Shown here piece after piece: positions 57,016-64,000 of a stretch of DNA of 64,000 nucleotides. Position numbers and translations under genes: made by a program. The notes beneath the pieces were generated by a model. That model was not told the origin of the DNA. It made no database searches and saw only the letters and a list, made by a program, of their open reading frames with translations. The DNA is taken from the IMG/VR virus record IMGVR_UViG_3300025313_000944, positions 23,333 to 87,332 of that record, one strand, 5' to 3'. This DNA is from a virus. Position 1 is the stretch's first letter, and the number at the start of each line of letters is the position of its first letter.

Positions 57016-57721
57016 TGTATGATTTTGCCTTTTCCCTTTCTTCGTCGCTGCCGGGGTAAAATCCCCACTTCTCGTAGAAATACTTTCTATTGGCATTGAA
57101 TTGATTATGAAGTGGTGGAATTCCAGCCTCTTTTACTGTACGCGAACCGTAATGTGCAAACCAAGCCCACAGATCACACGAGGCATCTATACCTTCCCCA
57201 CGCATGCGATGGTGGTAATCGTTATCCTCGAAGTAAGCTATCTTGAAACCTTCATCGAATAAACCTACTCGTGTTATGGTGGGAACAGTCAACCCAAAAC
57301 AACTGAAATTCATAGCTCGACTATATCTAGGTATTGGCTTGGTGCAATACATCAAGGTACTGGGGTTGTTACCCACGTTGGTTCCACTGACAGCATCCTT
57401 ACCCTCTACGAATAAAGTTTCTAACATTCTGTCGAAAGCTTCTTCGTGCATAACCAAATCATTATTCAAAATGAAGATAGCTTCACAATCATCGTGGGAT
57501 AATCCCCAATAAATAATTTGATTCCAAGATTTAGCCACGCCGAGATTTTCTTGATTGAAAATATAATCGTAACCTGACTTTTCGATCCACTCCTTAGTTT
57601 CATCCCCTGAGCCATTGTCTATTACCAACAACTTCCAAGGGTGGTTCATTTCAATACTTTCCACCGTACCAACTAAGTACTTTTTCAAGTTGATGGTTGG
57701 TACACCAATATAGACTGTCAT
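57005..57721 (-). CDS. Glycosyltransferase family 2 (GT-A)
   Basis: VIDNGS, NLGVAKSWN, ILNND, GLFDEGF..YFEDND. Confidence 0.92.
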   Translation of the reverse strand: MTVYIGVPTINLKKYLVGTVESIEMNHPWKLLVIDNGSGDETKEWIEKSGYDYIFNQENLGVAKSWNQIIYWGLSHDDCEAIFILNNDLVMHEEAFDRMLETLFVEGKDAVSGTNVGNNPSTLMYCTKPIPRYSRAMNFSCFGLTVPTITRVGLFDEGFKIAYFEDNDYHHRMRGEGIDASCDLWAWFAHYGSRTVKEAGIPPLHNQFNANRKYFYEKWGFYPGSDEEREKAKSYNEK

Positions 57722-57725
57722 TCCT

Positions 57726-58946
57726 TTACTCCTTAAAAAATATCCATGTGGGCCACTGTTCATTCGTTGCGTAGAGTGTATGTTTCTTGTCTTTCAGAAA
57801 ATCGAACACTGCGCTCCGCACACCGAATTCACTGCCACAAATATTTTCCCCATCCAAAAAATCGTGTCCTGCCACCAAACCACCACTACGTACCTTTGGA
57901 TACCAAGTTTGTAAGTCTTCTGTAGTGCTGGTATATGAATGGTTGGCATCTATATACACAAAGTCTAAATCACCAATTATATTGGCTGCATCCTTAGAAA
58001 AAGCTTTTATAACATTGTAACGACCAACGAAGGGGGCTAATCGTTCCAAAGTTTCTGTATAATTAGCATTGTGTGCCTCATCTGAAACGTTAGAAATATC
58101 CTTGTAATTAGGAACATACTTCCAAGCATCAATTATGTGTAGTTTCTCCAACCAAGTATTATGCAATAAATATTCGGCGTATTCGCCTTTTTGCGTGCCA
58201 ATTTCTGCCCCAACTTTATAACCACGTTGACTTATTAATCTGTGTAAATCATTACGTGTGATAATCTCGCTTGGTGCAATAACCCAATTAACTCGCTTCA
58301 GAATATCGTAGCGACCTGGATTGCCAGCGAAGTGATAGATATAAGCTGTCATTGCAGCAAAATTGGAAGGAAATTGGTAGTTCCATTCTTGTCCCAAATC
58401 GTGATAGCCACCCAATTGGCTATAGATAGCCATATTCAAAGGTATCTGATCCCACCACTGGGTATTCGTACCCAGAAACAAATTGTAGGCTATCTTATAT
58501 AACTCGGTGTGGAATTCCCTATTTATCAGCACCACACCCGCATTGCAGAAGTCTCGACTGATTAAATCGACATCTAATCTGCCTTCCACCTCTTTGAGCG
58601 ATAATACCTGTTGGATATCTCTATATGCTATTTGCACATTTACGTTGTATGCGGGTGGAAAGTGTGATTGTTGATTCTTGACTGCGTATAGAAATCTGGG
58701 ATCACACAGCTTAAATGGGTTGGGGGTATCACTCCTCACGACTATATCTGAATCCAGAACCAAAATTCTATCGTGATCACACAAGTCGAAAGCCAACAAC
58801 TTCACGGCTGAATGATGGTGTTTGGTTGGATGCTGCTTGATTTCTATAAAATCACATTCCCACCTTCGTGCAGCATCCTTCATGCTCTGTCTGGTATTTT
58901 CTGACATCACGTCGTTGGTGTTGATGACTAAGATAGTTTCAGACAT
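57726..58946 (-). CDS. Fusion of GT-A (GT8-like) glycosyltransferase and class I SAM O-methyltransferase
   Basis: VLDSD, CNAGV, DQIPLN, WN, YHFAG; then AEIGT..G, IDAW, YIDANHSY, GGLVAGHDF. Confidence 0.85.
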   Translation of the reverse strand: MSETILVINTNDVMSENTRQSMKDAARRWECDFIEIKQHPTKHHHSAVKLLAFDLCDHDRILVLDSDIVVRSDTPNPFKLCDPRFLYAVKNQQSHFPPAYNVNVQIAYRDIQQVLSLKEVEGRLDVDLISRDFCNAGVVLINREFHTELYKIAYNLFLGTNTQWWDQIPLNMAIYSQLGGYHDLGQEWNYQFPSNFAAMTAYIYHFAGNPGRYDILKRVNWVIAPSEIITRNDLHRLISQRGYKVGAEIGTQKGEYAEYLLHNTWLEKLHIIDAWKYVPNYKDISNVSDEAHNANYTETLERLAPFVGRYNVIKAFSKDAANIIGDLDFVYIDANHSYTSTTEDLQTWYPKVRSGGLVAGHDFLDGENICGSEFGVRSAVFDFLKDKKHTLYATNEQWPTWIFFKE

Positions 58947-59692
58947 TCCAGCACCTCTTCTACTGTCGGATTGATTGGATAGAAATTATTTTCACTTCTA
59001 ACTACGTGGCGCATGTCCCAATGAATTGAGTCATGTGGAGATACTTTGGGGAAATCGAACCCATTAGCTAACACTAACATGGCTGACATAATGCCAACGA
59101 AGCCAACTGACTTAGCCAACCAAGTTGTAGTCTCTAGCATATCTAAACCGGTCTTGTCGATTGCATTACCCTCGACTGCATCACCCCAACCGCCAACTTG
59201 AATTACCTTGATGGGTGATTTTTCTATAATTTCTTGGAACAATCCAGCATAAGTTGTCTTGCCTCTGGGGGCTACACAAATGTATGGCTCGTCTAGAGTT
59301 TCAAAATCTGGATATTCATATTTAACTTCTATACCATTGTGTGCTTGAATTCCAGCGAGCATGGCGATATAGTTTGGTAGTGGCCTGTCAGGAACCTGTC
59401 TATAGCCGAGTTGCCAAACTGTGTCATACAAGTTAATATCTACTGGAATATACCAAGGCTGAACCCCTAAGTCCATACGTTCCACCGCATAATTGTCTGG
59501 CATGAAGAAATTGTCGATGAAGGACTGGTGCTCGAACAACCTCTTTAGTGGTTCACAATATTTGCTGGTGTAAAAATCACAGGTGGTTTTTCTATGATTA
59601 CAAATCCAACGCATGGCTGGCATCACGTACAGAGAATCACCGATTTTACCTGGGTGAGTGAAGGCCAACCTGCCCTTTTCAATAAGTCCCAT
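58928..59692 (-). CDS. GT9-like (heptosyltransferase-like) glycosyltransferase
   Basis: GKIGDSLYVMP, VIQVG, DKTG, FVGIMSA..VLA. Confidence 0.7.
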   Translation of the reverse strand: MGLIEKGRLAFTHPGKIGDSLYVMPAMRWICNHRKTTCDFYTSKYCEPLKRLFEHQSFIDNFFMPDNYAVERMDLGVQPWYIPVDINLYDTVWQLGYRQVPDRPLPNYIAMLAGIQAHNGIEVKYEYPDFETLDEPYICVAPRGKTTYAGLFQEIIEKSPIKVIQVGGWGDAVEGNAIDKTGLDMLETTTWLAKSVGFVGIMSAMLVLANGFDFPKVSPHDSIHWDMRHVVRSENNFYPINPTVEEVLECLKLS

Positions 59693-60303
59693 TAACCTCT
59701 CCTATAAATATCATTAAACATAATGCGTTCTATTTTATTGTAACCTCTGGCGGTGAGGTATTCATCTTGTTCTATATTGTGGGGTTCGAGATTTGCAGCA
59801 TCGTAATAAAGGTTCTCTACCGCAATTACTTTCAATCCCCATCTATCCAAATTGATTCCACGTAGAACATCTAATTCTGAACCCTCCGTGTCTATGGCCA
59901 AGAAATCCACATGATCTACTTTGGCAACGTTCTCTATGAACCAATCCAAGGTGCGTACTTTTACTTTGATAGTGGTCAGATGTTGTGGGTGGTCGTAATA
60001 AATTAGACCCGTCCCCCCAGCCTCTCCATTTGGTCCGTGTCCAAGATTATATATATAGAAATCTACATTATCTTTGTTTTCCGTACCCATAGCATAATTA
60101 TACACATTTTTGCGGCTAACAAGCATCTCTTGGCAATGTGGGTTTGGTTCTATGCAGAATACTTCCCAACCTTTTTCTTCTAATAAATAACTATTATTGA
60201 GCCAAGTTGCGTGGTAAGCTCCTACATCTATACAGATACCTTTATAATTTTTATCAAACAAGTCTAGAACGAATTCAGCCACACCTTCGGTATTATAATC
60301 CAT
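59692..60303 (-). CDS. FkbM-family methyltransferase
   Basis: IDVGA, IEPNP, VRTLD, FLAIDTEGSELDVL. Confidence 0.9.
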   Translation of the reverse strand: MDYNTEGVAEFVLDLFDKNYKGICIDVGAYHATWLNNSYLLEEKGWEVFCIEPNPHCQEMLVSRKNVYNYAMGTENKDNVDFYIYNLGHGPNGEAGGTGLIYYDHPQHLTTIKVKVRTLDWFIENVAKVDHVDFLAIDTEGSELDVLRGINLDRWGLKVIAVENLYYDAANLEPHNIEQDEYLTARGYNKIERIMFNDIYRRG

Positions 60304-60991
60304 TGAATAATTTCAACCCAAACTCGTACAATTCTAAATCGTATTCATTAGCCAATTCTAATTTTTGCAAAGTGGAAGCATCTAAATTATTTGCTGGGTG
60401 CCTAGGTTTTTCATTGTTCACTTGAATTAAGGGCAATCCAACAAAGTCACTCAAACATTGTAATGATTTATCAAACTGTTCTTTAATTCCCACGAAAGGA
60501 AACGTAGTTAATCTGGCTTTGGCTTTCGTTAAATCTTCTTTGGTGGGTCGTATTTTGGTTGAGAAATCTACTGCGCATTTAATTTCTGCAATATCGAAGT
60601 CTGAAGCCAACATTCTGGTTTGTTGGTTAGCCATAACTGTAAACCAAAATGGATTGTCCAACAATTCAGATAAAGTATGATTGTCCAAATCTTCTTTGTT
60701 TGGGCCGGCCCACAACCCTTTGGTCATATAATAATTAGATACACATCTATTTATTGGCTCACCCAGTATGGTAATGAATGTAGGATTGCCTTTCAATAAT
60801 CTAATCAAGGGGTAATAAGAATGTCCTCCGATTAGATCGTAAGTATCCAAATCTATGGCCTCTACAAAATATTCCCAATTTCTGTAAGGGCAAACTGTCT
60901 TACCTACTTCTCGATAAGCATTAGCCAAAGCCACACCAAGTGAAGTACCTGCCGTTCTCGGCAAGTGAATAAATACCAATTGATTATCCAT
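60293..60991 (-). CDS. Sulfotransferase-family protein
   Basis: FIHLPRTAGTS 5'-PAPS loop; EPINRCVSNY 3' motif; NEYDLELY. Confidence 0.82.
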   Translation of the reverse strand: MDNQLVFIHLPRTAGTSLGVALANAYREVGKTVCPYRNWEYFVEAIDLDTYDLIGGHSYYPLIRLLKGNPTFITILGEPINRCVSNYYMTKGLWAGPNKEDLDNHTLSELLDNPFWFTVMANQQTRMLASDFDIAEIKCAVDFSTKIRPTKEDLTKAKARLTTFPFVGIKEQFDKSLQCLSDFVGLPLIQVNNEKPRHPANNLDASTLQKLELANEYDLELYEFGLKLFNGL

Positions 60992-61202
60992 ACGTTTTTT
61001 CGGTAACAGTTATATCTTCATTACCAAGCAATTCGTCGATGACCCGGATCAACTGATTGCGCCTAGCATTTAACTTTAAAGCTTTGCGAGCTGCCTCAGC
61101 TACAACGTGGTCATCCTCGTTGGCATAATCTTCCTGAACCATGAAAAGTTTTACATTGTTCGTGATGAGTTCATCCAAAAGCATTCCAAAACTCTTCATC
61201 AT
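60984..61202 (-). CDS. Small helical protein (DUF4254-like)
   Basis: LLDELIT..K...LNARRNQLIRVID. Confidence 0.55.
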   Translation of the reverse strand: MMKSFGMLLDELITNNVKLFMVQEDYANEDDHVVAEAARKALKLNARRNQLIRVIDELLGNEDITVTEKTYG

Positions 61203-62407
61203 TATACCCATATCTCACCTTCTTGAGTAATTAATCTCGGCTTGGGTAACATCACCAAGACTTTTCCGCCATTATCAATGTAACTCTGCAATTTTGGCAG
61301 TATGTTGTCAGCAAATTGCCAGATCAACAACACGATATAATCTGGATTAGCATCTAAAATTTCTTTTTCTGGTACGATGGGAATATTAGTTCCGACCATC
61401 TTTAGCCCAAACTTATCAGGATGTATCTCGCCAATAGCTTTTATCTTGGAATTATCCAACCCGAAATATTGTAGGACCGTGTTGGCTTTGGTACTGGCCC
61501 CCAAACCGCAGATTGACTTATTTTTATTTGATTCGAAGAATTGATTAACTTTTTGCTTTAATTCTTGAACTCGCTTGGCAAATTCTTGCAATGAGTCATC
61601 ACGCAATTCCAAAAATTCTTTTATTAGCATGCACACGAGGTGTGGTTGTATGCCCCTCTCACCGGTGTGACAGGCATAAACCCGCAGGCTACCACCGTTG
61701 ACTTTGTTGTACTCAGCATCGAAAATTTCCAACCCAACTTGATCGAAGAGATCGAGTAGATTATCTAAAGAATAATATTCTAAATGTTCGGCGCAAATAT
61801 TATCGAAGCCATTAGTTTTTAGCATAGATAAGAGGTCCATGATTTGCACCACAAATATACCGCCAGCAGCCAATGAATTTTTAACATCTTGTAGAAATTT
61901 CAATGGGTCTGGTAAATCGTAGAACATGGCGATAGCAGTAATAACTTTGGCTGGTTTGCAATCTCTTGGCAATACTTCATACGAAAAATAATCATTTATG
62001 AAAGCATTACAATGTTTCTCTGCCTCTATCCGCAAATTGTAAGCTGGGTCAATTCCAACTTTATAGATATAATCGGGGTAGAAATTTAATAATGATCCAT
62101 CATTGGTACCGATGTCCACAACTATATGCCCCGGTTCAAGCGTAACATATTTTTGAACACTATCTACAATATCACTAAGAGCTGTCACCATTGAGCCATT
62201 CAAAGCACTGCGGTACCAATAGTACCGATACATTTTATCCAAATCTGCGGTGTCCATCAGTTGGGCTAATCTACATTTTGAACACAACCCTAACCGTAAT
62301 GGAGCCTTTTCAAGCTGCTCATCACCACATATAAAAGTAGATGGGTAGATTTCTCCCAAATCTAAAACCTGCTTTAATTCTCCCTTACAAACCCTGCAAC
62401 CTTCCAT
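61202..62407 (-). CDS. NDP-sugar C-methyltransferase
   Basis: CRVC..CSKC Zn motif, DIGTNDGSLL, EHLEYYS, NGGSLR, GASTKANTVLQY. Confidence 0.9.
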   Translation of the reverse strand: MEGCRVCKGELKQVLDLGEIYPSTFICGDEQLEKAPLRLGLCSKCRLAQLMDTADLDKMYRYYWYRSALNGSMVTALSDIVDSVQKYVTLEPGHIVVDIGTNDGSLLNFYPDYIYKVGIDPAYNLRIEAEKHCNAFINDYFSYEVLPRDCKPAKVITAIAMFYDLPDPLKFLQDVKNSLAAGGIFVVQIMDLLSMLKTNGFDNICAEHLEYYSLDNLLDLFDQVGLEIFDAEYNKVNGGSLRVYACHTGERGIQPHLVCMLIKEFLELRDDSLQEFAKRVQELKQKVNQFFESNKNKSICGLGASTKANTVLQYFGLDNSKIKAIGEIHPDKFGLKMVGTNIPIVPEKEILDANPDYIVLLIWQFADNILPKLQSYIDNGGKVLVMLPKPRLITQEGEIWV

Positions 62408-62417
62408 TCAATTCTCC

Positions 62418-62948
62418 TTAGAAATTTTCACTCTCATACCGATTCGGTGGAAAACGAAAACCTAGAAGCTCCCCCTTTTTCGAGCGAGCCAATCTCTGTC
62501 TACGTTCTGGTACCAGCTTATTTAATTCTTCCCAGTCTCTAATCAAGCTGGCTTCCTGCATCTTGGCACCAGTCATATTACTGAATGAAACTTCGTCATC
62601 CCGCCATGATACAGCATTACTGCCAACTGTATAGATTAAACCGGATTTAAGAGCGATTGCAGCAGCCAATAAGATAGGTCGTTCATCCCCGTACATAATT
62701 ATTGGCGGTGAGGCGTGTGTGAATACATCGGTGCTGCTTCTGGCCACATCCCAGTTCTCGGTGCTTGCATTATAAGTTGGCACATAACGACTGTTCCAAC
62801 GCGGCATAAGCATCTTTAGCCCAGCCAGAAGTACCAATTTTAATGTATCATTTGAATACGTAAAGGTAGAACCGGTATCTCCTAAGTGTATTCTTAAGTA
62901 ATCTGTAAGGTAATCGAGGTCACTCGTGTATGTAAGTTCAACAGCCAT
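62418..62948 (-). CDS. Putative head-tail adaptor protein
   Basis: LRIHLGD...YSNDTL; SWRDDEVSFSN; position. Confidence 0.6.
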   Translation of the reverse strand: MAVELTYTSDLDYLTDYLRIHLGDTGSTFTYSNDTLKLVLLAGLKMLMPRWNSRYVPTYNASTENWDVARSSTDVFTHASPPIIMYGDERPILLAAAIALKSGLIYTVGSNAVSWRDDEVSFSNMTGAKMQEASLIRDWEELNKLVPERRQRLARSKKGELLGFRFPPNRYESENF

Positions 62949-62960
62949 AAAATATTCCCC

Positions 62961-63236
62961 CTAGAATTGGGTTTTGAGCACCGTAAAAGTAGCTTCTATG
63001 GCAGCATTTGGTGTCGTAGTTTCCAGCCGGTAATGCCATTGACCTTCACCGCTCGCGACAAGATCAACATAATAACTACCAACCGCACTTTTAACCAATT
63101 CTGCATTTACCCCATAAGTATAAGCCGTCTTATCCCCGTTTGATTTCTTATATCGGAATATTACGGTAGTTGGATCGACGGCTGGGCTCAAAGTAAATGA
63201 GCAACGAACAGCATTTCCTGTAAAATATTGGTTCAT
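62961..63236 (-). CDS. Small Ig-like virion protein
   Basis: DPTTV...GSYYVD...GQWHYR. Confidence 0.6.
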   Translation of the reverse strand: MNQYFTGNAVRCSFTLSPAVDPTTVIFRYKKSNGDKTAYTYGVNAELVKSAVGSYYVDLVASGEGQWHYRLETTTPNAAIEATFTVLKTQF

Positions 63237-63238
63237 GT

Positions 63239-63520
63239 TTAATTAACGTCCTCGGCAGTTATCGTAGTTGTTACTACGTTAGAATCTTGCACAGTTGTTA
63301 TAAATGCATCTCCTGCGGTTGGTGTAGTAACTCTGGCATCTGAAGCAATCAAGGTAGTAATTAAAGCATCACTTGAACTAAAACCATATATGGCTACGTC
63401 TGCTCCGGCGATCTTCATTGGAACCAAAATTATAACTTGTGAGATTATAATTTTGCCGCCGGATTCCAGTAATAGATGACTACCAGATTCCAACAATAAA
63501 AAGTAGTTTATAGTCGTCAT
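63239..63520 (-). CDS. Hypothetical virion-associated protein
   Basis: LLLESG repeats; ~10-aa D-A..TT repeats. Confidence 0.55.
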   Translation of the reverse strand: MTTINYFLLLESGSHLLLESGGKIIISQVIILVPMKIAGADVAIYGFSSSDALITTLIASDARVTTPTAGDAFITTVQDSNVVTTTITAEDVN

Positions 63521-63714
63521 GGGTCTGCTATAATCAACATCTGTGGCACATTGCCACGTGCCGTCACAAGCACTGAGATGTCCAGCCGCACGCGGAATTC
63601 AGCCTGCCACTCGGCAACGAAAGCATCGTACTTGATCTTGGCCGCATTGACCCGTGCCTGCTGCTCTTCTTGCAGCAAGCGGCGGGCCTGGGCGGGGGTG
63701 ATTACGGTATCCAT
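63517..63714 (-). CDS. Hypothetical protein (GC-rich)
   Basis: ATGA overlap with next gene. Confidence 0.6.
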   Translation of the reverse strand: MDTVITPAQARRLLQEEQQARVNAAKIKYDAFVAEWQAEFRVRLDISVLVTARGNVPQMLIIADP

Positions 63715-63980
63715 GCTGTATTCGCCTTTCCCCGCAAGCGGGCCAGCAGGTTTTGCAGACCCGTGATCTCGGCGTTGGTCAGATGCGGGATTAAATTCCC
63801 TTGCCTGATCTCGATGCTGCCATCCGATAATTTCAGTTGCACGCGGTAGGTGGCTGCTTGCGGTGTACCCTCCGCATTGGTCGGGGAGGGATCAAACAGG
63901 GTGATCTCCATATCCTCCACACTCACAGGTGTGGGCGCAACAGGTCGGGCCGGAAGGGGTGAATCTGCCATAAATTTCAT
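63702..63980 (-). CDS. Hypothetical protein (GC-rich)
   Basis: AGGAG RBS. Confidence 0.6.
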   Translation of the reverse strand: MKFMADSPLPARPVAPTPVSVEDMEITLFDPSPTNAEGTPQAATYRVQLKLSDGSIEIRQGNLIPHLTNAEITGLQNLLARLRGKANTAWIP

Positions 63981-64000
63981 CTCCTATGCTGAAGGTGCAC

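Noticed and set aside
40366-63766. Plus-strand ORFs opposite the virion and glycosyltransferase genes
   Set aside because: Antisense shadows of well-supported minus-strand genes, with no motifs.
1-64000. Stop-codon reassignment, tRNA genes, integrase
   Set aside because: TAA, TAG and TGA all end tightly coupled genes; no cloverleaf or recombinase was recognised by eye. A tRNA scan is needed to exclude tRNAs.

Overview
A 64-kb segment of a large tailed dsDNA bacteriophage, probably with a long non-contractile tail (tape measure plus a G/GT frameshift chaperone; no sheath gene seen). Several small lipoproteins with LAC/FAC lipoboxes and an AGAAC-N4-GTTCT box hint at a Chloroflexota host (inference). 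There are four blocks. (1) 1-14.1 kb, + strand: replication and nucleotide metabolism (DnaB, Hjc-type resolvase, intein-containing DEDD exonuclease, RNA ligase, primase, class II RNR, a frame-broken MT-A70 methyltransferase). (2) 14.3-31.5 kb, - strand: accessory genes, including a phiEco32-like peptide-ligase/amidotransferase island and a solo RuvB. (3) 31.5-39.7 kb: regulatory and probable early region with a shared promoter motif, repeated GGTAGCATACC sites, iteron-like repeats, structured RNA leaders, small membrane peptides/lipoproteins and clustered Rex/CRP-like and LexA-like boxes. (4) 39.7-64 kb, - strand: virion genes, with a group I intron in the tail tube gene and an eight-gene glycosyl/methyl/sulfotransferase cassette placed between the head-tail joining genes. 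All calls come from motif recognition by eye; no database searches were run.
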